The notes beneath the pieces are model-generated. The model ran no database searches. It saw only the letters and a program-made list of their open reading frames with translations, and had not been told where the DNA came from. This document shows, piece by piece, positions 9,771 to 19,219 of a stretch of DNA of 64,000 nucleotides (position 1 is its first letter; each line of letters starts with the position of its first letter). Both the position numbers and the translations under genes were made by a program. The stretch comes from Nitrospirota bacterium (GTDB lineage Bacteria; Nitrospirota; UBA9217): assembly GCA_035623825.1 (NCBI GenBank), contig DASPSR010000007.1:64001-128000 (forward strand). The letters are read 5' to 3'.

Positions 9771-10610
9771 ATGGAAAAGACAAAGTTCTCACAAGTGTTG
9801 ACAAAAATTGACAGGCTGCTCGACCGCTACGTGGACGGTAGGCCGGAGACAGCGGATTTCGAGCGGTACCATGCACATCTCTGGGAGGGGAGGAAAGCAG
9901 GGCTGCGTCCGATCCAGAGGCCCGTAAGGATTAACCAGGACGACCTCATCGGCATCGATGCAATCAAGAAACAGGTCGTGCGGAACACTCGGAATTTTAT
10001 CGAGGGCAGGAAGGCGAACAACGTACTTCTGTGGGGAGAGCGGGGTGCCGGTAAATCGTCGCTCGTGAAGTCCCTTCTTATGACCTTTGCTGACACAAAT
10101 CTGAGATTGATCCAGGTCTACAAGCATGACATACTGACCATCCAGGACCTGTATGACATACCTGCACTGAACAGCTCTTACCGGTTCATCCTCTTCATCG
10201 ATGACCTCACTTTTGAGGAAAGTCAGACCGATTATAAGGAGATGAAGACGATCATGGACGGCGGCCTGGAGGAGATTCCCGACAATGTCCTGTTCTATGC
10301 TACGTCAAACCGGAAGCACCTGATTCCAACAAGATTCTCGGACAACGAGAGCGATGAGATTCGACCCGCGGATACCGTTGAGGAAAAGATCTCCCTTGCC
10401 GACCGTTTCGGTCTGAGGTTAGGCTTCTATCATTTTTCACAGGAGACCTATCTCGAGATTGTTGCATCCTATGCCGCCAAGTATGGTCTCCGGATGGACG
10501 CTGTGAGGCTCGAGCGGCTTGCGCTCCAGTGGGCTCTTTTCGCAGGGGGGAGGAACGGGCGAATCGCCGAGCAGTTCGTGAGGTCAGTCCAGAATGAGAC
10601 CAATCCGTAG
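9771..10610 (+). CDS. DUF815-family AAA+ ATPase
   Basis: NVLLWGERGAGKSS, FIDDL, YATSNR.HL, EEK.SL.DRFGL motifs. Confidence 0.9.
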   Translation: MEKTKFSQVLTKIDRLLDRYVDGRPETADFERYHAHLWEGRKAGLRPIQRPVRINQDDLIGIDAIKKQVVRNTRNFIEGRKANNVLLWGERGAGKSSLVKSLLMTFADTNLRLIQVYKHDILTIQDLYDIPALNSSYRFILFIDDLTFEESQTDYKEMKTIMDGGLEEIPDNVLFYATSNRKHLIPTRFSDNESDEIRPADTVEEKISLADRFGLRLGFYHFSQETYLEIVASYAAKYGLRMDAVRLERLALQWALFAGGRNGRIAEQFVRSVQNETNP

Positions 10611-11066
10611 GGGATTGGAATGTTTCAGCTTCTCTTTTTTCCTCGATTTTCCGGTGTCAGTTCTGCCTTCCCCACCGATTTATCAAATTGCGTTGTAAAA
10701 AAATGTTGCATCGGCTGGTTTTGAGGCGCTGATTTTCTATTTGCTCTTTAGCTGCTTGTTTGATATATATACTATATTTATATCGTTCTTTTATTGTTTT
10801 TTCTGATTCGCAGCATTGGCTGTCGTTGGTCATGGTTGACGGAGTAAAACTGATATCCACTATTGCGTCCACCATGCCAACGTGTTGTAATCCATCCACG
10901 TTACGGTGAATAAGGCGGGGATGTCCACAAATATCACATGTCCAAATTCCTGCTGATTTGGACTCCTCGGCCATCAGGCCGGAGAGGATGTCAGCCATGT
11001 CCGAATACAGTGATATAACGGTGCGCAGCGTCCGCTGTTGCTGAATTTGCAACCCCGGGAGGAAAA

Positions 11067-11546
11067 ATGAAAAAAATCCTTATAGCCATTGATGATTCAA
11101 AAAGTGCGATGAAGGCCGTGGAGTATGCGGGGCAACAGTTTTCCGACGTCGGTGATTTGCAGATCGCGCTCGTACACGTGCTTCCGAACCTTCCGGCCAT
11201 ATTCTGGGACGAGGGGCATATCCTCTCAGAACAGGAGAAGGCAGAGAGAAAAAAGGTCGTGGACAGGTGGTTGGCAGACCGGAAAACAAAGATGGAGCCC
11301 GTGTTTCGTAAGGCCATTGATGCACTGACTGGACTAGGGATCAAGTTGCAGCAGGTGCAGACAAAGTCAATATCCGATTCCACGGATGTTGCTCAAAGCA
11401 TCCTTGAGGAGGCCAGGGACAACGGATATCAGACAATCATCGTGGGCCGGCGGGGAGCGGCAGAAGGAAAGCATTCTCTGATTGGCAGCGTCACGAGCAA
11501 GATCATCAACCACGGAAGCGGGATTGCCGTTACGGTGGTTGAATAG
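11067..11546 (+). CDS. Universal stress protein
   Basis: KKILIAIDDS, IIVGRRG, LIGSVTSKII; GGAGG SD. Confidence 0.92.
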   Translation: MKKILIAIDDSKSAMKAVEYAGQQFSDVGDLQIALVHVLPNLPAIFWDEGHILSEQEKAERKKVVDRWLADRKTKMEPVFRKAIDALTGLGIKLQQVQTKSISDSTDVAQSILEEARDNGYQTIIVGRRGAAEGKHSLIGSVTSKIINHGSGIAVTVVE

Positions 11547-11755
11547 GAAAGCCGAAGGGCTATAAATCAAGGTCCCGGATCAGCAATCTCTATGCGGAAG
11601 ACTGCTTTTTTCTTGCGGAGGCGCTTTTTGTCAGCATGGTACGCCCGGAGCAGGCTCGTGCCGGTCGGCAAACGGACCGCACATGCGACGTAAAAGAATG
11701 AAAGGCGCAAGCCGGGCATTTTTCTTTGTTCGACGGAAAGGCAATTGGTGTGGCA

Positions 11756-12202
11756 GTGAATAAGGTCATTGGAGTCATCGGCGCGGGCTTGGCCGATGAA
11801 CGCACGCTCGCTACTGCGGAAGCAACGGGGAGGCTCATCGCGAAGAGGGGTGCAATCCTTGTCTGCGGTGGTCTGGGCGGAGTGATGGAGGCCGCTGCAA
11901 AAGGCATGAAAGCCGAAGGCGGAACCACCATTGGCATACTTCCCCAGGACAAAAAAGATGGAGCCAATCCATATATAGACATTCCCATCGCCACAGGTTT
12001 CGGAGAAGGACGGAATGTCATCATCGTTCGTACTGCCGACGCACTCATTGCCGTGGGTGGCGAGTACGGCACGCTTTCGGAGATTGCCTATGCCCTCAAG
12101 ATGGGGAAACCAGTTGTGGGATTAAATACGTGGGACATCAAGGGTATAATAAAAGCGGAAAACGCAGAAGAAGCGGTTGAAAAAGCGCTTGGAAAATCAT
12201 GA
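11756..12202 (+). CDS. TIGR00725 family protein (LOG/DprA-like Rossmann fold)
   Basis: IGVIG, CGGLGGVMEAA.KG, GRN, GG.YGTLSE; start uncertain (11726-11756). Confidence 0.9.
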   Translation: MNKVIGVIGAGLADERTLATAEATGRLIAKRGAILVCGGLGGVMEAAAKGMKAEGGTTIGILPQDKKDGANPYIDIPIATGFGEGRNVIIVRTADALIAVGGEYGTLSEIAYALKMGKPVVGLNTWDIKGIIKAENAEEAVEKALGKS

Positions 12203-12380
12203 GCGAGACTAAAAAATCTGATGCCCACAGTTGTGTCCGCTATACTGACGCTCGTAATCCATTCACGTCACCGGGAATGCGGACACCAAGCCAAAAAGTA
12301 TCTCCTGAAACGAAAGCCCTTGGAGTTGGGGAGCGTCGGCATTGCTTGGTGGTTTTGGTTCCCCGACCCACTCTTCCCCT

Positions 12381-13091
12381 ATGAACCTCATTCTGCTGTT
12401 TCCGGACGATTTTATAGACGGTACGAGCCGTGCGCGCATTCAGGGTCGCAGGCTCCGACAAGTGTTGGACGTTCACCACGCGTCGATCGACGATGAATTG
12501 TGCGTGGGACTTGCGGGTGGCGGCGTCGGCACCGGAAGGGTGATCAGCTTGAGTATGGGTTTCCTCGAGATGGAGGTGTGCTTCACAAACACGCCTCCAC
12601 CGGCGCTTCCCGTGACGCTAGTTCTCTCTCTACCGAGGCCCAAGGTCCTGAGGAGAGCACTCCGGTCGGTGAGCGCCATGGGGGTCAAGCGGGTCATTCT
12701 GTTCAACTCCTTCCGGGTGGAGAAGAGCTTCTGGCTGAGCCCTTTCCTGGACGAGTCAAGCCTCAAGGAGGAGTTGATTCTCGGCCTAGAACAGGCCCGC
12801 GACACGATTCTGCCGGAAGTCATGCTCCGGCCGCTATTCAAACCGTTCGTTGAAGATGAGCTTCCAACGCTTATTGACGGGACGCTTCCTCTTGTTGCGC
12901 ATCCGGCGGCATCCACCCCATGTCCTCGCGATCTCAAGCGTCCTGTGACCATTGCCATCGGTCCTGAAGGCGGTTTCATTCCCTATGAAATCGAAATGCT
13001 TGTTTCGCATGGATTTACTCCTATTCATCTTGGTGAACGAATACTCCCAGTCGAGACGGTATTACCTTTTTTGCTCTCGCGACTGTTCTGA
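12381..13091 (+). CDS. rsmE: 16S rRNA m3U1498 methyltransferase
   Basis: MNLILL start, LPRPK, IGPEGGF, LG.RIL.VET SPOUT motifs. Confidence 0.9.
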   Translation: MNLILLFPDDFIDGTSRARIQGRRLRQVLDVHHASIDDELCVGLAGGGVGTGRVISLSMGFLEMEVCFTNTPPPALPVTLVLSLPRPKVLRRALRSVSAMGVKRVILFNSFRVEKSFWLSPFLDESSLKEELILGLEQARDTILPEVMLRPLFKPFVEDELPTLIDGTLPLVAHPAASTPCPRDLKRPVTIAIGPEGGFIPYEIEMLVSHGFTPIHLGERILPVETVLPFLLSRLF

Positions 13092-13340
13092 CGGAAGGCA
13101 TGAACACTGCGATGATCTTCCGTTTATAAACCGAAATTCAATGAAGGGTTTTTAACAGGATTATTGCCGGTTACCTGCAGAAGGAGAGCCTGGCTGAAAG
13201 GTGCCATGCGGGTGTTGCTGTCAAGCACACCGAAGGACCCTGGTTAATTGGCGTCACCCGGTATTCGTCATTGCTCGTTTCAGATACCTTCGGTGACCAT
13301 AGTCACGTTTGGGTCGGTAGTGATACAGGTGTGAAGTACA

Positions 13341-13763
13341 ATGATGATCCCAATCACCCGGAACATATCTATCGACGAGAATGAAATAGAGATGCACTTC
13401 ATCCGTTCTTCGGGGCCCGGCGGCCAGAACGTGAACAAAGTAGCCACAGCCGTGCAATTAAGGTTCGGCGTGGGGAACTCTCCCTCTCTGCCGGGCGACG
13501 TCCGTGCACGGCTTATCAGTCTTGCGGGGAGGCGTATCACACGAGAAGGGATCCTCATCGTCGAAGCGCATCGCTTCCGGACCCAGGAAAGGAACCGCGA
13601 GGACGCAATAGGTCGGTTGAAGGAGCTTATCCGAAGGGCTGCGGAAAAACCGAAGACACGGAAAAAGACGAAACCGTCCAAGGAGGTGAAGATGCGGCGT
13701 ATAGAAAGCAAAAAGCGGAGAGGCGAAGTTAAGAGGATAAGGAGAGAAATCCCGATTCATTGA
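13341..13763 (+). CDS. arfB: Alternative ribosome rescue factor B (peptidyl-tRNA hydrolase)
   Basis: RSSGPGGQNVNKV, R.Q.RNR..A, basic C-terminal tail. Confidence 0.95.
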   Translation: MMIPITRNISIDENEIEMHFIRSSGPGGQNVNKVATAVQLRFGVGNSPSLPGDVRARLISLAGRRITREGILIVEAHRFRTQERNREDAIGRLKELIRRAAEKPKTRKKTKPSKEVKMRRIESKKRRGEVKRIRREIPIH

Positions 13764-13828
13764 CATGCGCCGGGAGCAGGCGTGCTGATCGACGCAGAAT
13801 AATCAAGACACCGCTCATCTTTGATTTG

Positions 13829-14005
13829 TCACCGTTTTATCTGCTCTTTGTCCTGTTTTTTTGACAAATAGCAGGTTACACAGTAGATTCCTTCATCATC
13901 GACATGACTAGACTGCCATCTAATCTCTCCCGATGAAGTCTTTAAACTTAATCGCGTACCGCAGACGTTGCAATGTGATTTTCGTTTAGACTTATTATCA
14001 TCCAT
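13829..14005 (-). CDS. 58-aa zinc-finger microprotein (CxxC...CxxC)
   Basis: AAGGAGG SD upstream of ATG 14005; MDDNKSKRKSHCNVCGTRLSLKTSSGEIRWQSSHVDDEGIYCVTCYLSKKQDKEQIKR; below the ORF-track cutoff. Confidence 0.75.
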   Translation of the reverse strand: MDDNKSKRKSHCNVCGTRLSLKTSSGEIRWQSSHVDDEGIYCVTCYLSKKQDKEQIKR

Positions 14006-14051
14006 ACGATTAACCTCCTTTCTTGAACTTGATCGGCATCCTCGCTTTTGG

Positions 14052-14399
14052 TCACGCGAGAACTGAATTACGGATAAAATCTGCGATCATGTCTTGTGAG
14101 CCGTCGGCAAACCTCATGCCAGCTGTATATGTTAACACTCTTTCCCCGCTGCGACCTTCCTCGATTCCGGTTAATTTACAACGTGCTGCAATGCCATTCA
14201 CCTCGATACTCGTGTCCCTGTCTTTTATGAGCGTAAATAAATATTCCCTCCCTACACTGAGTCTCCTATCGACTTTCAGGCCAACGCCACCGAAGCTGAT
14301 GTCGATGATTTCCACATGATCGGACGAGCTCAATTTGCCGCTCATCTCAATTAAATCCAATCCGAATCTTTTATGCCGCCTCTTCTCAAGCAACATCAT
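14052..14399 (-). CDS. Stand-alone PilZ domain protein
   Basis: RRHKRF (RxxxR) and DISFGG (D/NxSxxG) c-di-GMP motifs, terminal GMRF. Confidence 0.85.
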   Translation of the reverse strand: MMLLEKRRHKRFGLDLIEMSGKLSSSDHVEIIDISFGGVGLKVDRRLSVGREYLFTLIKDRDTSIEVNGIAARCKLTGIEEGRSGERVLTYTAGMRFADGSQDMIADFIRNSVLA

Positions 14400-14471
14400 G
14401 GAACCCCCATTCTCGGTATTTCCCTCCGGCAGTTCACAGATCAATTCATGGTTGTTAGAGATAATAAAAAG

Positions 14472-14500
14472 AGTCTAAATCGTTCTAAGAGCTGTGTCAA
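14472..14500 (-). promoter_or_regulatory. Sigma70 promoter of the PilZ / zinc-finger pair
   Basis: TTGACA-17-TAGACT on the minus strand. Confidence 0.65.
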
Positions 14501-14626
14501 TGATAGATTGTAAAAAGAATCGAAATGATATCCGTCTTCATTTCCGACGTTCGTGAGCCGCCACTCCCGTGGTATGACCTGTTCACGCGTACTCGCGTAT
14601 TGGTCGCCTGAACATCCTGTTGAAAA

Positions 14627-15013
14627 CTACTTCTTGTTATCCTTCAGCAAGTCGCTGAGCGCTGCGAACGGCTTATAGGTGGCGTGTGTCTCCTTTTCGC
14701 TGCCCGGCGGCGCCTTGCCGAAGGATGCTTCATCCTGATACTTCTGGTGCTCGTTGTCGTGACAGTAGAGACAGAGCAACTCCCAGTTGCTGCCGTCAGG
14801 GGGGTTGTTATCGTGATTGTGGTCCTTGTGATGGACCGTCAGCTCTCGCAGCTTCCTGCCCGCGAATTCGCGGCCGCACCGGCTGCAGATATGGGGGTAC
14901 TTCTTGAGCGCCTGATCGCGGTATTCCTTTTCGCGAATCTCCCGGCTGCGTCTGGCTTCCGCAATGATCTGGTCTCGTCTATCGTTCTCGCTCTGCGTCT
15001 TCTTCGGGGACAT
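14627..15013 (-). CDS. YajD-family HNH nuclease-like protein
   Basis: YR..ALK.YP..C.RCGREF....LRELTVHHKDHNHDNNP.DGSNWELLC.YCHD.EH. Confidence 0.9.
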   Translation of the reverse strand: MSPKKTQSENDRRDQIIAEARRSREIREKEYRDQALKKYPHICSRCGREFAGRKLRELTVHHKDHNHDNNPPDGSNWELLCLYCHDNEHQKYQDEASFGKAPPGSEKETHATYKPFAALSDLLKDNKK

Positions 15014-15162
15014 GTGTGCACCCTATTAAAGCTGCTTATTCCTTACACAAGACGGATGCTTTATGCTGTTCTGCGCTACTTGGCAGTCCCTTTGCATGCC
15101 AGCCAAGGTGCTTGCGCAGCTTGTGAGTGTTGACTCGTAAGGATTACCTGTGCGGCGAAAAA

Positions 15163-16077
15163 CTAAAAAATGCTGAAGGAGAAATATTTTTTCGGATGTT
15201 CCTTGATGTCTTTTGCCAAGGCGTTGATCTCCTTCAACGTTGAGCGCAGGTCGTCGGCAAGTTCCTTGTCGGTTACAAGCTTTCCCATTGCCCCTTCTCC
15301 CCTGTCAACCTTTTCCAGGATCGCATTGAGCCGTATGGCGGCGGCATTCATGTTCTCGTACAAGCTGGCGTCCTCCACCAGCTTGTTTACGGTTCCACGC
15401 GATGTTGCCAGCTTTTCAGTGAATGAGTCAAGGGCACTAGATGCCCTGACGAACCGGTCGTAGAGAGCTGGATCCTTTACGACCTTGCTGATCGTTCCCT
15501 CGGACGACTTGAGCATGGCAGCAAAGACCTTGATATCTTTCACCGAATACAAAAGCTCCCGATAGAGCGTGTCCTCGTTCAGGAGCTTTGCAAGTGAGCC
15601 TTTGCTGGTCTCGACGTTTTCGATGGCCCGCTTGAGCTCCTCGGCAATTTCGGAGCTGGGCGACCCGCTGATTGCATCACCCGGCTTCAATAGAGCGGCC
15701 TCCCGGGTTCCGGTGCCTATTTCCACATATTTATCGCCGAGAAGCCCCATCGTGAGAATACTTGCGGTGCAATCTTTTTTAAGATACGAGAACGCCGACT
15801 TTTCGATGGCCAGTGCCGCGGTGATTTTTTCGCCTCCCTCGAACCGGAGAGACTTGACCGATCCGATCTGAATGCCCGCGAACCACACCGGCGCGCTCGG
15901 ACGCAGCCCTTTGACATCGCTGAACGTGGCATACACAATTGCTTGCGGCGTAAAAAGGCGCATCACGTTTCCCGAGAAGAGCATTGCGAAGAACATGACG
16001 GCAAGACCGGCCGTGACGACTATTCCGACTCTTAGCTTGGCCCAGCTAGCGTGCCGGCGTGAATCGAACATAACCAT
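15163..16077 (-). CDS. mlaD: MlaD/MCE-family protein
   Basis: N-terminal TM, GL..SAPV..AG..IG.V, GLLGDKYVEI, helical tail ending HPKKY..FSIF. Confidence 0.9.
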   Translation of the reverse strand: MVMFDSRRHASWAKLRVGIVVTAGLAVMFFAMLFSGNVMRLFTPQAIVYATFSDVKGLRPSAPVWFAGIQIGSVKSLRFEGGEKITAALAIEKSAFSYLKKDCTASILTMGLLGDKYVEIGTGTREAALLKPGDAISGSPSSEIAEELKRAIENVETSKGSLAKLLNEDTLYRELLYSVKDIKVFAAMLKSSEGTISKVVKDPALYDRFVRASSALDSFTEKLATSRGTVNKLVEDASLYENMNAAAIRLNAILEKVDRGEGAMGKLVTDKELADDLRSTLKEINALAKDIKEHPKKYFSFSIF

Positions 16078-16095
16078 CCCTCCGAGTTTAGGAAT

Positions 16096-16833
16096 TTAAA
16101 GGATGTCCTTGATGAACCTCTTCAGCTCGGCGTCCTGGGTGCTCGTGAGGGCACCCAAGTCGCCATCGAACCGGATCTTTCCGTTTCTGAGATACAGGAA
16201 GCGATCAGCGACCTTGACCGCATCCGCCACATCATGGGTCACGATAATGAGCCCTGTCCGTTCAGACGGATTGCCGGATGAGAGCTCATTAATCAGGTCG
16301 CAGATGGTGTCCGCGGTGATGGGATCGAGCCCGGAAGTGGGCTCATCGTACAGCATCATCTTGGGCTTGCACCCTGCTAAGGAGCGGGCGATGGCAACCC
16401 TGCGCTGCATGCCCCCGCTGAGCTCCTCGGGCATGAGATCCGCAGCGTCCTTAATGCCTACCCGGTCGAGAAGATTTTTGACCGTGGACTCCACGATATC
16501 CTCCGGTAATTTTTCCCTCTCCAGCAGACAGAACGACACATTGTCCCGTACGCTCAGAGAGTCGAAGAGAGCGCCTTCCTGAAACACGACGCTGAAGTTC
16601 ATACGGATATCCCTGAGCTTGGATTCGGACAAATTCGCGATGTCCGTCCTATTGATCAGGATTTTACCGCTGTCAGGCTGTTCGAGACCAAGGATCAGTT
16701 TTAGGATCGTCGTCTTTCCTTTGCCGCTGGATCCCAAGATCGCGATTTTCTCATGGAACTGAATGGAAAAGCTCATTCCGTCAAGAACGGGATTCTCATT
16801 GTAGGAGAGCGTTACGTCCCGAAACTCTATCAT
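16096..16833 (-). CDS. mlaF: Mla-type ABC transporter ATP-binding protein
   Basis: GSSGKGKT, FQEGALFDS, LSGGM..RV, YDEPTSGLDP; ATG 16833 overlaps the mlaE stop. Confidence 0.92.
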   Translation of the reverse strand: MIEFRDVTLSYNENPVLDGMSFSIQFHEKIAILGSSGKGKTTILKLILGLEQPDSGKILINRTDIANLSESKLRDIRMNFSVVFQEGALFDSLSVRDNVSFCLLEREKLPEDIVESTVKNLLDRVGIKDAADLMPEELSGGMQRRVAIARSLAGCKPKMMLYDEPTSGLDPITADTICDLINELSSGNPSERTGLIIVTHDVADAVKVADRFLYLRNGKIRFDGDLGALTSTQDAELKRFIKDIL

Positions 16834-17618
16834 GCCTGCATCCCCAGAATGAAGAACAATACCTGCGTCAGGAAAAAATCGACGACAATGATCATGATGG
16901 TTGAAAGCACCACGGCGGTGGTGGTGGCGCGCCGCAGTCCTTGTGCGCCTCCGTGTGCGGATAGGCCCACCGCGCAGCTGATGCAGGTGATAAGGTAGCC
17001 GAAGATAAATGGTTTGGTCAGTCCGGATACAACATTTTGAAAATTCAATTCGTCGCCGATCTGGCTCCAATAGAAGACACCGCTCTGGTGGCTCATCGCG
17101 ACAGCGATATAGTAGCCTCCTGTCAAGGAGATAGCGTCACCCATCAGTGTGAGGAGCGGCAGCATGATCGTAGAACTCAGCACTCTAGGCGTGACCAGCT
17201 TAATGATAGGATCCGTCCCGTACACTCGGAGCATGTCCACTTGGTGGCTCAGCACCATGGAGCCTATTTCAGACGCCATTCCGGAACCTACACGGCCCGC
17301 GTAACTGAGAGCAATGGCTACGGGGCCGATTTCCCGGATGATGGCGATACCTACGATTTTCGCTGTGTACATCTTGAGGCCGAGAGGCGCCAGCTCGGCT
17401 GATATCTGTAGGGAAAGGGCCATGCCAATGAAGAGGGAGACAAGAAAAACGATAAAAAAAGATCCCACTCCTGCATAATCCATCTGATCGATGACGTCCC
17501 GCCAGTTCAATGATCTGCGGAATATTCCCAGCAGCGCATTAAGGGAAAGGATGTAGAAATTCTGCAGTTCTGAGATTAACCGTCGGAGAGTCATCTGTCG
17601 TATCGTAAAAGGCCGCAC
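16830..17618 (-). CDS. mlaE: MlaE-family ABC permease
   Basis: REIGPV, AGRVGS.MASEIGSM, LV.PR, ATT.AVV motifs. Confidence 0.92.
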   Translation of the reverse strand: MRPFTIRQMTLRRLISELQNFYILSLNALLGIFRRSLNWRDVIDQMDYAGVGSFFIVFLVSLFIGMALSLQISAELAPLGLKMYTAKIVGIAIIREIGPVAIALSYAGRVGSGMASEIGSMVLSHQVDMLRVYGTDPIIKLVTPRVLSSTIMLPLLTLMGDAISLTGGYYIAVAMSHQSGVFYWSQIGDELNFQNVVSGLTKPFIFGYLITCISCAVGLSAHGGAQGLRRATTTAVVLSTIMIIVVDFFLTQVLFFILGMQA

Positions 17619-17818
17619 TCATGGGAAACATGATCATTCACCACAAGGCGGAGAACAGCCCGTCATGTCGGACGCGCTTCCCTGAACCTGTGTTGGGCTG
17701 GGAGTCCGGGGGGATATATGAACAATATTAGCATCTTCTGCTTGAGCTTGCAATCGTGTCGGGAAAAATATTTTGCGGACGTTCTTGTCCTGTCATGCGA
17801 TCGATGGAACCATCCTCA

Positions 17819-18853
17819 TCAAGATACATCGCACGCTGAAGAACGACTTGAGCATAGAGAGGTGCGCAAAGGTTGAGAATGTGTCGACAGTTCCGCTAAC
17901 GTAAAATATCCTTCTACAGCCGCTTCGACATCTTCCACTCGTAACAGGTGGTTCACCTTTGTCCTGAACTCTGCTCCGCCTGGCAATCCTTTCGTATACC
18001 AGCAGAGGTGCTTGCGCATCTCTCGAACACCTGCGCTCTCGCCGAGTAGTTTAACAATATCATTCAGGTGACGGAGCATGATCGCTTTCCGTTCTTCATG
18101 AGAAGGGTTAGGAGGGACAACGCCGGTTGCAAGATGTTGCTTTGCCTCACGGAAAATCCAGGGATTTCCCTGAATCGCCCGCCCAATCATGACACCGTCG
18201 CACCCTGTTTCGGCCATCATCCGTTTTGCATCCTGGGCGATGCGCACATCACCGTTCCCGATTACGGGGATGCCAACCGCGTCCTTCACTGCCTTGATCA
18301 TGCTCCAGTCAGCATGGCCGGAGAAGCCCTGCGCCTTCGTGCGGCCGTGTACGGTTACGGCGGCGATACCGACGGATTCTGCAGCTCGTGCGAGATCCAC
18401 TGCAACGATATTCTGAGAATCCCAGCCGAGGCGTATTTTGACCGTCACCGGTACGCTGGATGCTTCCACAACCGCAGTCATGATTTCTGTTGCCCGTCCG
18501 ATATCGCGCAGGAGCGCCGAGCCCGCGCCGCATTTCAAGATCTTCGGCACGGGGCAGCCCATGTTGATGTCGATAAAATCCACTGCCCCTCGTGAAACGA
18601 TGCGGGCCGCAGCTTCCATTGACTTCGGCTTCGAGCCGAAGATCTGGAACGCGACGGGCCTCTCCGCAGGATCGGTGCGAAGTATGTCGAAAGTCCTTTT
18701 GTGCTCCCGGATCAGCGCCTCGACGCTAACCATCTCGGAAAACACGAGTCCTGCGCCGAGTTCCCTGCAGATCCTGCGGAAGGGGAAGTCGGTGATCCCG
18801 GCCATGGGAGCGAGCACGAGTGGGTTGTTCCTGAGGATTTCACGGATCGACAT
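17819..18853 (-). CDS. dusB: tRNA-dihydrouridine synthase B
   Basis: LAPMAGITD.PFR, DINMGCP, TVKIRLG, VHGRT, GNGD, GNPW.F. Confidence 0.93.
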   Translation of the reverse strand: MSIREILRNNPLVLAPMAGITDFPFRRICRELGAGLVFSEMVSVEALIREHKRTFDILRTDPAERPVAFQIFGSKPKSMEAAARIVSRGAVDFIDINMGCPVPKILKCGAGSALLRDIGRATEIMTAVVEASSVPVTVKIRLGWDSQNIVAVDLARAAESVGIAAVTVHGRTKAQGFSGHADWSMIKAVKDAVGIPVIGNGDVRIAQDAKRMMAETGCDGVMIGRAIQGNPWIFREAKQHLATGVVPPNPSHEERKAIMLRHLNDIVKLLGESAGVREMRKHLCWYTKGLPGGAEFRTKVNHLLRVEDVEAAVEGYFTLAELSTHSQPLRTSLCSSRSSACDVS

Positions 18854-19219
18854 GAAGCTATTATAACCGAAAGAAATCGAAATGCGAAAGCTTTTCGGGA
18901 GTTGATTTCGAAGAAAAGGGCCCATGACAAATGAGGAGAAAAGCGAAAGAAGGGGGGAACCGTCAATATTCAAACCGCCATTCCCGTTCTGTCAGCCTCC
19001 TAAGGTAAGAAAAAAGCATTACCCCCAGAGGAGAACGAATGTGATTGGCCTCACGGTCGTGTTTGAGAAGATTACGTATAATGAGCAGAAGAAAAAACAA
19101 AAAATTTGGTGTGTTATGTAACTCGCTGCAGCTCCGAGCGATTATCCATTCTAAAGAAATGAGGCGGGAAATTTCGCAAACGGGGAGCGACCGAGGCAAT
19201 GGTCTGCTCTCTTCAGGTG

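Noticed and set aside
10760-10930. oriC-like region (AT-rich tract plus TCCAC boxes)
   Set aside because: Boxes have two or more mismatches to TTATCCACA and there is no dnaA/gidA context.
11667-11700. c-di-GMP-I (GEMM)-like GGCAAAC...GACGTAAA
   Set aside because: No GNRA-capped P2 stem and no P3/tetraloop receptor.
13180-13295. Glycine-riboswitch-like words (GGAGA...CACCGAAGGA...TTTCAG) upstream of arfB
   Set aside because: The GCAA and CTCTCAGG core elements are missing and the gene context is implausible; an Rfam covariance search would be needed to revive it.
14627-15013. HNH protein as homing endonuclease or defence nuclease
   Set aside because: Matches the conserved stand-alone YajD type; no intron, mobile or defence context.
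17650-17700. SRP RNA or cobalamin-riboswitch resemblance in the mlaE leader
   Set aside because: Only a CAGCCC/GGGCTG stem; conserved core motifs are not present.
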